This document shows positions 1-9,935 of a stretch of 64,000 bases of DNA, piece by piece. Under the pieces are notes generated by a model. That model saw only the letters and a program-made list of their open reading frames with translations. It was not told the origin of the DNA and searched no databases. The DNA is taken from positions 288,001 to 352,000 of the forward strand of contig CAWEMM010000007.1 of assembly GCA_963810095.1 (NCBI GenBank). The letters are read 5' to 3'. Both the position numbers and the translations under genes were made by a program. Origin of the DNA: an uncultured Chloroflexia bacterium. GTDB lineage: Bacteria > Chloroflexota > Anaerolineae > CG2-30-64-16. Position 1 is the first letter of the stretch, and each line of letters starts with the position of its first letter.

Positions 1-1
1 G

Positions 2-2504
2 CCCACGACTGAAGGCGGCGGCGCGAATCTCAGCGATATCGCCTTCCTCGACCGGCTCTACGCGCTGGGGGGCCGCGCCTGGTTCGACTATCCAGCGGGC
101 CAGCCTTATGGCTTTTCGGAGCCGCCCGACGCCGCCCCGAATCCCGACCACCTCGACTTTGGCCGCATCGCCCTCCTGCGCGGCGTCATGGAGCGCCACG
201 GCGACGCAGAGACGCCGCTGTGGGCGACCGCCTTTGGCTGGAACGCCGGGGCTGACGGCACCGGCGCGGAATGGGGCGGCGTGTCAGAGGGGGAGCAAGC
301 GACCTACACGGCAGCCGCATTTGCACGGGCGCGGCGCGAGTGGCCGTGGCTGGGACCGCTCTTGTGGACGGACAAGTTCGACATGGCCCCAACCACGGCC
401 GGTGTGCTCGCCGAGGCTGCAGCGCCCGCAAAGGTCCTGGGACCGGGCCGGCACGCGGTCGACAACGCCGCGCTGAGTTACCAGGGCTGGCGCGTGACTC
501 CATCTGGCGGCCGACCCCAGCGCGGACGGCGACACGCTAACGTTCGACTTCACGGGCACGGGCGCAGCGCTCCAGGTTCAGGGCGGGCCTTACTGGGCTT
601 ACCTCACCGCCTCCGTCGACGGCGGCCCCGCGAACCGGCTGCCGCGGGACGAGTCCGGTGCGAGCAACCTGGTCCTCTATGATCCGGGCGGCGCCACTCG
701 CACGGTCCCGCTGGCCTCCGGCCTGGCGCCCGGACTGCATACGGTGCAACTGACAGCGCACGGCGGCTGGGGACAGTGGCCGCTGCGGGCGGTGGTCGTT
801 GCAGGCGACACGGCGGTGGGCCGGGCAGGACGCCTCGGCCTCGGCCTGCTGGCGCTGGCACTGGTCGCAACATTCGTCACGGCCGGCCTGGCCTTCTTCT
901 TGTGGCGAAGGCGGCGCCCGGCCCACGCGGAGCAAGTCCGACCCGTTTTTGAGGCAACCGCCGAGGAAGAGCGGCCGCGTTCTCGCTCTGAGCGCGTCGC
1001 GAGCGCCGCCACCTGGATACTGGCGGGTGGGCTGTGCGTCCTGTTCCTGCTCTCCAACTCGGGCGTCGTCAACTTCGCGCTGCTCGGCCTGCTTGGGCTC
1101 CTCTTCCTGGCGCGGCCCGAGCTTGCCCCGCCTCTCATTGCGGCGAGCTTGCCCTTCTGGCAGCGCACGCAGCCCGTCCTGCGCTGGCAGTTTGGCCTGT
1201 TCGAGGCGCTCGCCTGGATCGCGCTCCTGGCGTGGATGGCCCGGGGCGTGCTGGCCTGGGTCCTGACCGGCGCGGGCCCGGGCCTCGCCCGCCGTGCGGC
1301 CCTCACAGCAAACCGGGGCAGGTTGGCGCTCTTGCTTGACATAAGCGCAGTTGCGCTGTTTGCCTCAGGGCTGCTTGCAACCGTGCTGGCGGCAGAGCAG
1401 GGCGTCGCGTGGCGCGAGTTTCGCATCGTGTTCCTCTTCGGCCTCGTGCTGTACCTCCTGATCACCAGGTCAGGGCGCGGGACGTTTCGCAGTCGTGCCG
1501 GCCCGCTCGTCTTGGGCCTGCTCGCCGGCGCGACCGTGGCCAGCCTCGCCGGGCTGTGGCAGTTCGTGTCGGGGCAGGGCCGGGTGAATGTCGAGGGCGT
1601 GGGCCGCATCGCGGGCTTTTACGGGTCACCGAACAACCTCGCCCTGATCCTGGACCGGGCCGTCCCGCTGGCCGCTGCGCTGGCGCTGTTTGGCGTCGTC
1701 TTCTGGCGTCCAGGCGGAAGCGCAGCTCGGACCATGCGCTGGGTGTTTGCCGTGGTGGCTGCGATCACGCTGGCGGCTGCCGTCGCTACGTTTAGCAAGG
1801 GCGCGCTGCTGTTGGGCTTGCCCGTCGGGCTGGCTGTCGTGCTGGTGGGCGGCGCGTGGCGCAGCCGGCGGCGCTGGCCACTCCTGGTGCTGTTGATCCT
1901 CCTGGTCGCCGGCGGACTGGTGTTGGCGGTCCTCTTCCGCACGCCCCGCTTCGCCGATTTGTTCAACTTTGCCGGGGGCACCAGTTTCTTCCGCCTTAAG
2001 CTGTGGCGGGGCGCGCTCAACATGGGTCTCGACCACCCCCTGCTGGGCGTGGGCCCCGATAACTTCCTGTACGCCTATCGCACGCGCTACGTCTTGCCCT
2101 CCGGCTGGCAGGAGCTCAACCTGAGCCACCCACACAACTTGGTGCTTGATCTCTGGACGCGGTTGGGTCTGGTGGGGGTGGTCGCGGGGCTTTTCAGCCT
2201 GGCCGTGGCCTTCGCGGCCGGGTGGCGGGGGTTCGTCGGCGGGCGGGGGTTGGAGCGCGAAGACCGCGAGGGTCGGGACAAGGGCCCGCGGGCTACACTC
2301 TGGCCGCTGATGCTGGGGCTGCTCGGCGGGTTGGCGGCCGCGGTCGCGCACGGCTTGATCGACAACTCCCTCTTCCTGCCCGACTTGATGGGCTGGTTCG
2401 TCGCGGCCCAAGCCATCTTCTGGCTCTATGCCGCGGAGGAAGGGCCGTCGTTCGGCCCACCTCCGAATCGTGAGCATCCCGGTCAGAATCGAGGTCAGGC
2501 ATGA
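2..2504 (+). CDS. 5'-truncated membrane protein: glycoside-hydrolase-like N-terminal region + beta-sandwich + O-antigen ligase (Wzy_C/WaaL-like) domain; frameshift near 506
   Basis: Frame 2 is open from base 2 ([20 protein letters not shown]...QPYGF...[10 protein letters not shown], resembling GH5/GH39 TIM-barrel ends). It shifts near 506 into the frame of ORF 744..2504, which has many TM helices and O-antigen ligase motifs ([43 protein letters not shown]). Confidence 0.75.
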
Positions 2505-3430
2505 GAGTACTGGTGACAGGCGGCGCGGGCTTCATTGGGTCGCACCTGTGCGAGCGGCTGCTGGGCGACGGACATGATGTGGTCGCGATGGACAACCTCA
2601 TTACGGGGTCGACCGATAACATCACGCACCTTGCCGGCGAGCGGCGCTTCCGGTTCATCCACCACGATGTGACCGACTACATTTACATCCCGGGCGATCT
2701 CGACGCCGTCATGCACCTGGCCTCGCCCGCCAGCCCCGTCGACTTCGCGCGCATCCCGATCCAGATCCTCAAAGTGGGGTCGCTGGGCACGCACAACGCG
2801 CTCGGGCTCGCGCTGGCCAAGGGTGCACGCTTTCTCCTGGCCTCCACCTCCGAGGTCTACGGCGATCCGTTGGTGCACCCCCAGCCCGAAAGCTACTGGG
2901 GCAACGTCAACCCTATCGGCGTCCGCGGGGTGTACGACGAGGCCAAGCGCTTTGCCGAGGCCATCACCATGGCCTATCACCGCATCCACGGCGTCGACAC
3001 CCGCATCATCCGCATCTTCAACACCTACGGCCCGCGGATGCGCCTGGACGACGGCCGGGTGGTGCCCAATTTCATCACCCAGGCGCTGCGCCGCGAGCCG
3101 ATTACCGTGTACGGCGACGGTTCGCAAACCCGTTCGTTCTGCTACGTTTCCGACCTGGTCGACGGCATGGTCCGCCTGCTGCTCTCAGGCGAGCTCAACC
3201 CGGTCAATGTGGGGAATCCGACGGAGACCTCGGTGCTGACCTTTGCGGAGACGGTCAACCGGCTGACGGGCAGCGCGGCCGGCATCGAGTTCCGCCCACT
3301 GCCTGAGGACGACCCCAAGCAGCGGCGGCCCGACATCACCCGGGCGCGCGCCATTCTCGCCTGGGAGCCGCAGGTCAGCCTGGACGACGGGCTCTCACGC
3401 ACCATTTACGACTTCGAGCAGCGGGTTTGA
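2501..3430 (+). CDS. NAD-dependent epimerase/dehydratase, UDP-glucuronate decarboxylase (UXS-like)
   Basis: GGAGFIGSH Rossmann motif, [44 protein letters not shown]; ATGA overlap with the upstream gene. Confidence 0.92.
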   Translation: MRVLVTGGAGFIGSHLCERLLGDGHDVVAMDNLITGSTDNITHLAGERRFRFIHHDVTDYIYIPGDLDAVMHLASPASPVDFARIPIQILKVGSLGTHNALGLALAKGARFLLASTSEVYGDPLVHPQPESYWGNVNPIGVRGVYDEAKRFAEAITMAYHRIHGVDTRIIRIFNTYGPRMRLDDGRVVPNFITQALRREPITVYGDGSQTRSFCYVSDLVDGMVRLLLSGELNPVNVGNPTETSVLTFAETVNRLTGSAAGIEFRPLPEDDPKQRRPDITRARAILAWEPQVSLDDGLSRTIYDFEQRV

Positions 3431-3449
3431 ACAACGCATGGGCATGGGG

Positions 3450-5553
3450 CTAATCCACGATCACCGGCAGGTACAGCCGCGTCCCGCCCGGCTCGGCGGG
3501 CACGGGCGTCCAGGTTGCCGCCGGCTCCGGCGTGTTCGTCGCGGTGGGTGTGACAGACGGTGCAGGCGTCGCGGTTGGCGTTCCGGTTGCGACGAGCGGC
3601 CGGGCGTAGCTCACGACCAGCCGGGCGGCGAACTGCGGATCTGCATCGAAGGCGGCCCACGTCGTATAGTTCGCCGAAACGGGGTCAAGGAAGAGCGCCA
3701 GGTTGTTCCCCGGCCACCATCCAGGCGTGTCGACGATCTCCTGGATCACCCCGGCAATGTCGGGCGACGCAACCCACCCGTACTCGGGCTTTGCGATCTC
3801 CCATTGCCGGCTCGCCTGGGTGCGCGGCCGGCTGTTGATGTCGGCACTGCCCGGCCCGAAGTCGTCCGCCTGGTGGCCGGCCTCCCCTCGGATGGTGAGG
3901 GTCACGGGGCCGGCCTGATATTTCTGGACGAGCTCCAGGTGCGCGGCCGTGATCTCGGCCTCTCGCGGCAGCGCTACGTGCCGGAACAAGAACCCACCGC
4001 TGTAGCGCGACGCGCCGTCCGCGCTCGCCCCCGTCGTTACGGTGTCTGAGCTCGGATACATCTTCCCCGGCTCGACGAGCTCGTACGCGTCGTCGACCCC
4101 GCGGCCGACCGCGCTCCGCACGATCTCGACCGTTGCGGCCCGGCCGGCGAAGAGAAACACGGCGCCTTCGTTGCTCTCGGGGTGGTCGTACAAGTAGGCT
4201 CCCACCAGCACGTCGTCGTAGCCATCGCCGTTCACATCCCCCGCTCTGTTCACATAACCGAACTCCGCGCCCGCCTGGTCCCCGTACGCGCTCCACGACG
4301 GTGACTTCGCCAGCCCGGCCGGCGAACCCAGATACAGGAATGCAGCGCCCGCATCGTAACCCGCGTCCGAGTCGTAGCTGCTGGCGCCCACGACGACATC
4401 ATCATATCCATCGCCGTTGACGTCCCCTGCAGTCCCGTTTGTCAAGCCGAACCACGCGCCCGGCCAGCCGCCCTCGACGTCCCAACTCGGTTGCGCGGGC
4501 AAGCCCGCTCGGCTGCCGTAGAACACCAGGCTGCGGCCCTGATCGGGCAGCCAGGCGTGCCACCGGTTGACGTCCATGATGAGGTCATCGAACCCGTCGC
4601 CGTTCACGTCGCCGGCCGTGCCCACGCTCATGCCCGCCGACGCATAGGGCTGGCCCGACAGGTAGGTCCAGGCCGGCTCCCGTTGCAGCCCCTCGGCGGC
4701 GCCCAAGAACAGCGAAACCTTGCCCTGGTAGAAGATACCGCCGCTGTACCAGCGCTCGCCGGCCGCGAGGTCATCATAGCCGTCGCCATTAACGTCGCCG
4801 GCCGTCCCCGCGACCGTCCCAAAGCGGGAGTCGGTCTCCGCGCCGAATGCGGTCCAGCTTGGCTCTGCGGCCGCGCCCGCCGGCGAGCCATAATACACGA
4901 AGAGCGCAGACTGGTTTGGCAGCGCAGCATCGTAGAGCAGCGCACCGACGAACGCATCCTCATAGCCGTCGCCGTTCACGTCGCCGGCCGTGCCCACCGA
5001 CTGGCCGAACAGCGCGACGTCCTGGTCGATCTCCGCGGTCCAGCCCGGCTCGGCCGCCGGCCCCGCGGCCCCGCCGTAGTAGATCCAGGCGCGACCCTCG
5101 TCGACCTTGTCGCCGTCGTAGTAGCTTGCGCCGACGATGACGTCGGAGTAACCGTCCGCGTTGAAGTCGCCTGCACCCAGGCTCTGCCACCGGCCGCCGA
5201 AGCGGGCGCCCGCCTGGTTGCCCTCCGCGTGCCAGCCCGGGTCCCGGCTCAGCCCCTGTGCCGAGCCGTAGTACACGAACACCGCGCCTTCTTCTGCCTC
5301 CGGGTTCGAGTACCGGTCTGCGCCGATCGCGACGTCGGCATACCCGTCGCCGTTGAAATCGCCTGCGGCCGAGTAGCCCGCGCGGCGCGTCCGCCTGGCC
5401 GCCTTCCGCCGACCAAACGGGCGCAGACGAGAGGGGTTGAAACGGCGCCGGGGTGACGACTTGCCGAGCGGGCCCGGCGGTCACCCCTGGAGCGAGAGCG
5501 AGGAGCCCGGCCACGAGGACGACTGCGAGAAGGGGGACGAGTTTCGTCGACAT
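3450..5553 (-). CDS. Secreted FG-GAP/integrin-alpha repeat protein with C-terminal DNRLRE-like beta domain, Pro/Thr linker and terminal LYLPVIVD; frameshift near 5390
   Basis: Signal peptide MSTKLVPLLAVVLVAGLLALAP (ORF 4960..5553). About 7 repeats of AGDxNGDGYxD across the two frames, mostly in ORF 3450..5282. TPTATP linker. Confidence 0.85.
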
Positions 5554-5784
5554 CGACGCACTCCCATTTTGCGCATCGGCGTTGTTGCAGCCGCATTCAC
5601 GAATACCCGTGCACCACGTGTATCACGCCGATATGAACATCCCGTGAAAAGTGCGGCCGAGATTCATGACAGTCGGGGCTCACGAGCCTCGTGCACAGGT
5701 AAAAACTCGAGCCGCACCCCCTACATTGACCGTGGCCGCGTCAGGGGGTGTAGAATAGCGGGACCCTGCTTCTTACGGAGCTCC

Positions 5785-7103
5785 ATGGTCGCCGAAACAC
5801 CCTCGCTCACGCTGCGGTCCGTCGTCCGCACGTGGTGGCCCCTGGCTGCCAGCTGGCTGCTCATGGGCGCGGAAGGCCCGGCCATCAGCGCCGTCATCGC
5901 GCGCCTGAGCCAACCCACGTATCAACCTGGCCGCCTACGGCGGCGTGGTCTTTCCGCTCGCGCTCATCATCGAGTCGCCCATCATCATGCTGCTGTCGGC
6001 CTCGGTGGCGCTGAGCAAGGATTGGGCTTCGTACCGCCTGGTCCGCACCTACATGATGGTCGCGGGCGCGTCGCTGACCGCGCTGCACACGCTCATCGTG
6101 TTCACGCCGCTGTACTACGTCGTCGTGCGTGGCATCCTGGGCGCACCCGAGGCGATCGTCGAGCCGGCGCGCATCGGCCTCGCGATCATGCTCCCCTGGA
6201 CCTGGACGATCGCGTACCGCCGCTTCAACCAGGGCGTGCTGATCCGCTTCGGGCATTCACGGGCGGTGGGCGCGGGCACGATCGTGCGCCTCAGTGCCGA
6301 CCTCATCGTGCTCGCGGCCGGGCTCGCCATCGGCACGGTGCCCGGCATCGTCGTGGCCACGCTCGCCGTGGCCAGCGGCGTGACGAGCGAGGCCATCTTC
6401 GCGGGCATCAGGGTGCAGCCGGTGCTCCGAAACGAACTGGCCGTCGCACCGGTCGTGAAGCCGCCGCTGACCTGGCCCGCGTTCTTTGTCTTCTACTTCC
6501 CGCTCGTCCTCACGTCGCTGCTCGGCTTGATCGCTCAGCCCATGGGCAGCGCCGCGCTGAGCCGCATGCCCGACCCGCTGTCGTCGCTCGCGGTGTGGCC
6601 GGTCGTGACAGGGCTCGTCTTCATGGTGCGCGGGCTCGGCATTGCGTTCAACGAGGTCGTGGTCGCGCTGTTGGACGAGCCCGGCGCCCGCCCCGTCTTG
6701 CGCCGGTTCACGCTGCATCCTCAGCGTGGCAACGACCGCGATCCTCCTCCTGCTGGCTGCAACGCCTCTCAGCTACTGGTGGTTTGCCGTCGTGTCGGCC
6801 CTGCCGGCCGACCTCGTCGCTATGGCAGTCGTGGCAATCTGGCTGGCGCTGCCCATGCCGGCGCTCAGCACCTTGTTAAGCTGGTTCCAGGGCCAACTGC
6901 TGCACAGCCGCCGCACGCGCGGCATCACCGAGTCGGTCGTCATCTTTCTCGCTCTGAGCATCGCAATCCTGGTCGGGGGCGTCGCGTCCGGGGCGTTCAC
7001 CGGTCTGTACGTCGGGATCGTCGCGCTGGTGCTGGCGACGGCGGGCCAAACCGTGTGGCTGTGGGTGCGGGCGCGGGGCGCGGCCAGGCCTGAACCGATC
7101 TGA
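5785..7103 (+). CDS. MATE/MOP-superfamily (ANKH-like) membrane transporter or flippase; frameshifts near 5920 and 6715
   Basis: ATG at 5785 after GGAG. Hydrophobic segments WWPLAASWLLMGAEGP, FPLALIIESPIIMLL, FYFPLVLTSLL show two-fold internal symmetry and continue across three frames. Confidence 0.65.
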
Positions 7104-7200
7104 AATGGGACACTGATGCAACTGATCGAACTGATCGGCGCTGTCCTATGGGTAAAGAACCGTGATAGTCAGTCCGATCCGTTCAATCAGTGTCCTATTC
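7102..7200. repeat. REP-like inverted repeat, family A (AATGGGACACTGAT + 9-bp-periodic CTGAT)
   Basis: AATGGGACACTGAT...ATCAGTGTCCTATT between convergent genes; 7097-7126 is identical to 37170-37199 over 30 bp. Confidence 0.85.
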
Positions 7201-7216
7201 CTTCCGCTGAGGCGAG

Positions 7217-8475
7217 CTACGCCCAGCGTTTGATAAGTAGTGCAGCGTTCTGGCCCCCGAAGCCGAATGCGTTGGCCATGGCATACCGCACGTCTGCTTC
7301 CCGTGCGGTGTTGGGGACGTAGTCGAGGTCGCACTGGGGATCGGGGTTGGCGTAGTTGATGGTCGGTGGAATGATGCTCGTTCGCGTAGCCAGCACCGAC
7401 GCAATGACCGACAGCGCGCCGGCCGCGCCGAGCATGTGCCCCAGGCCGCCCTTGATCGAACTGGCCGGCAATCGGTAAGCATCTTCGCCGAAGAGGCGCT
7501 TGATCGCCACCGTCTCCGCAAGGTCATTGAGCTGCGTACCGGTGCCGTGCGCGCAGATCCAGCCCAGGTCTGCCGCCGCGAGCCCCTCGCCGGCCAGTGC
7601 GAGGCGCATGGCCGCGGCCGCACCCTTGCCTTCCGGATCGGGCGCCGCCAGGTGATAGGCGTCCGACGTCAGCCCGTAGCCGGCGATCTCGGCCAGGATC
7701 TCGGCGCCGCGGGCCTGGGCGTGCTGCAGCGTCTCGAGCACCACGACGCCGGCACCTTCGCCCACGACGGTTCCGTCCCGGTCCGCCGAAAACGGCGCGC
7801 ACGCCTTCTCGGGCGCGTCGTTCTTCGCCGAGAGCGCGCCCAGTCGGCCAAACCCGACGATCGCCAAGGGCGTGAGGATGCTGTCGGCCCCCCCGGCAAG
7901 CATGATGTCGGCCTCGCCGTGCACGCAGCCGCCGGTACGCCTCGCCGATGGCAACCACACCCGTTGCACACGCAGCCACGGGCACGCTGAGCGGACCGTG
8001 CAGCCCGTACCGGATCGCGATCGCGCTCGCGCCCGAGTTGATAAGAATCGCCGTGATCAGGCTGGGGTTGACCGCCCGGGGCCCGCGCTTGTCGAGCACG
8101 AGCCGCTGTTCTTCGATCAGTTCCGCGCCGCCCGAGCGCGCTGCCCACTTCGACGCCGCACCGCGCCGTGTCCTCCCGGGTGAAGTCGAGCCCAGACTGC
8201 CTCACCGCCTGGGTCGCCGCCGCGACGCCGTACTGGATGAACCGGGAAAGCCGCCTTGCTTCCTTCGGGTCCAGGTATTCGCCCGGATCGAAGCCCTGCA
8301 CGTTCGCCGCGATACGGGTGCTCAGTGCGCTGGCGTCGAACGCGGTGATGGGCCGCACGCCCGAACGCCCTGCGACCAACCCCTGCCACGTGCGCTCGAC
8401 GTCGTTGCCCAGCGGCGTGATCGCGCCCAGCCCCGTTACGACAACCCACGTTCGTCCATCGCCTGTCTGCATCAT
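7217..8475 (-). CDS. fabF: 3-oxoacyl-ACP synthase II; frameshifts near 8135 and 7930
   Basis: VVVTGLGAITPLGN, VAACATG (catalytic Cys), AHGTGT, GHMLGAAG, NAFGFGGQN across three frames. Confidence 0.9.
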
Positions 8476-8499
8476 TCACCGTCCTGGTATGGATAAGCC

Positions 8500-8578
8500 T
8501 CACCACAAAGACACGAAGTCACTAAGAAATGCGATGTGACCGCCGTGGCGAGTCGTGTCTTTGCGCCTTTGTGGTTCA
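8500..8578. repeat. REP-like inverted repeat, family B (ACCACAAAGACACGAAG ... GTGTCTTTGCGCCTTTGTGGT)
   Basis: Imperfect inverted repeat with 9-bp CACnAAG periodicity; related copies at 32449, 45188, 48119, 54555 and 62219. Confidence 0.8.
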
Positions 8579-8662
8579 TTGCTATTCCCGCGTGCGCCGT
8601 TCCTTGTGGTAACATGCGTCTGTTCGTCAGACCCGCCGCTGCTTCAAAGAAGAGGAGCACCC

Positions 8663-9865
8663 ATGTCCCAACGACCCTTCCCCTGGGCCCGCACGTTCAT
8701 CCTTGGTTTCGGCTTCTTCGGCATCAGCATCATCTGGCCGCTGTTCAACAGCCTCATCCCGCCCATGCTCAAGGAACTCGGCCTGACCGCGGGCGTGATC
8801 GGGTTTATCCTCACGTGGGACAATCTGATCAACATGTTCTTCCAGCCCTGGGTCGGCAGTCGCTCGGACCGCACGCAGACCCGTTTCGGCAGGCGCAAGC
8901 CGTGGTTGATGGTCGGCGCGCCCCTGGCCGCCCTCTTCTTCATCCTGGTGCCGTTCGTGCGCGATAACTTCATTCTGATCGCGCTTGCGATCCTGGGCAC
9001 TAATATCGGCATGGCGCTTTTTCGCTCCCCGACCATCGCCTACCTCGGCGATCTCTTCGAGCCGGGCGAGCGCAGCAAGGCCAACGGTGTGATCAACCTG
9101 ATGGGCGGCGTGGGCGGCGCCATCGCCCTCTTCGCCGGCGGCGCGCTCTACAAGATCGGCGTGCCCCTGCCGTTCATCGTCGGCGCCGGCGTCATGCTGA
9201 TCGCCATCGCCGTCGTCGTGGCCTTGGTCAAGGAGCCGCCCACGTCGCCCGCGGCCATCGAGAAAGAACCGGGCCTGTGGGAGAATGTGCGGCAGGTTGT
9301 CCGGAACCAGGACCGCAGCGGCCTGTTTTTGCTGGCCGCGATCTTTGCCTGGTTCGTGGGCTGGAACGCCACCGAGGCTTTCTTCACGCTCTACGCCAAC
9401 GAGATCCTCGGCGTTAGCGTCGGCACAGGCACACAGATGCTCACAGCCTTTGCCGGGGCATTGATCATCTTCGCCATCCCGTCCGGCCTGATCGCCACGA
9501 AGGTCGGGCGCAAGCCGACCATCATCACCGGGCTTATCGGCATGACTGCCGGCGTGCTGGTTGCGGCCACCATGCGGAATCCGACGATCCTGCTCGGCGT
9601 GCTGGCGGTCATGGGCGCGTTCTGGGCCCTGGTGAACATCAACTCGCTGCCGATGGTGTACGATCTGGCGAAAGGCGGCGCGATCGGCTCGTACACTGGC
9701 CTCTACTATTTCGCCTCGTCTGCCGCGGCCATCACCGGGCCCATCGTCGCCGGCTGGTTGATCGACCGCACGACTTACGCCGCCATCTGGCCGTTCACCG
9801 CGGTGTTCCTCGTGCTGGCAGTCGTCTTCATGCTGTTGGTGAAGCCGAGTAGAACGCAGAGCTAG
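8663..9865 (+). CDS. MFS transporter (SLC45/MalT-like sugar-cation symporter)
   Basis: AGAGGAG RBS; 12 TM segments; QPWVGSRSDRTQTRFGRRKPW motif; NINSLPMV and YTGLYY. Confidence 0.85.
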   Translation: MSQRPFPWARTFILGFGFFGISIIWPLFNSLIPPMLKELGLTAGVIGFILTWDNLINMFFQPWVGSRSDRTQTRFGRRKPWLMVGAPLAALFFILVPFVRDNFILIALAILGTNIGMALFRSPTIAYLGDLFEPGERSKANGVINLMGGVGGAIALFAGGALYKIGVPLPFIVGAGVMLIAIAVVVALVKEPPTSPAAIEKEPGLWENVRQVVRNQDRSGLFLLAAIFAWFVGWNATEAFFTLYANEILGVSVGTGTQMLTAFAGALIIFAIPSGLIATKVGRKPTIITGLIGMTAGVLVAATMRNPTILLGVLAVMGAFWALVNINSLPMVYDLAKGGAIGSYTGLYYFASSAAAITGPIVAGWLIDRTTYAAIWPFTAVFLVLAVVFMLLVKPSRTQS

Positions 9866-9935
9866 TCGATTGAGCTGATCGGCATGATCTGCCTAGTCAT
9901 CCGATCAGCTAATCAGGCCGATCCGTGTCCCATTC
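9866..9935. repeat. Family A inverted repeat, overlapping the last codons of lysA-dapF
   Basis: GATTGAGCTGATCGG...CCGATCAGCTAATC hairpin; minus strand reads GAATGGGACACGGATCGGCCTGATTAG. Confidence 0.7.
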
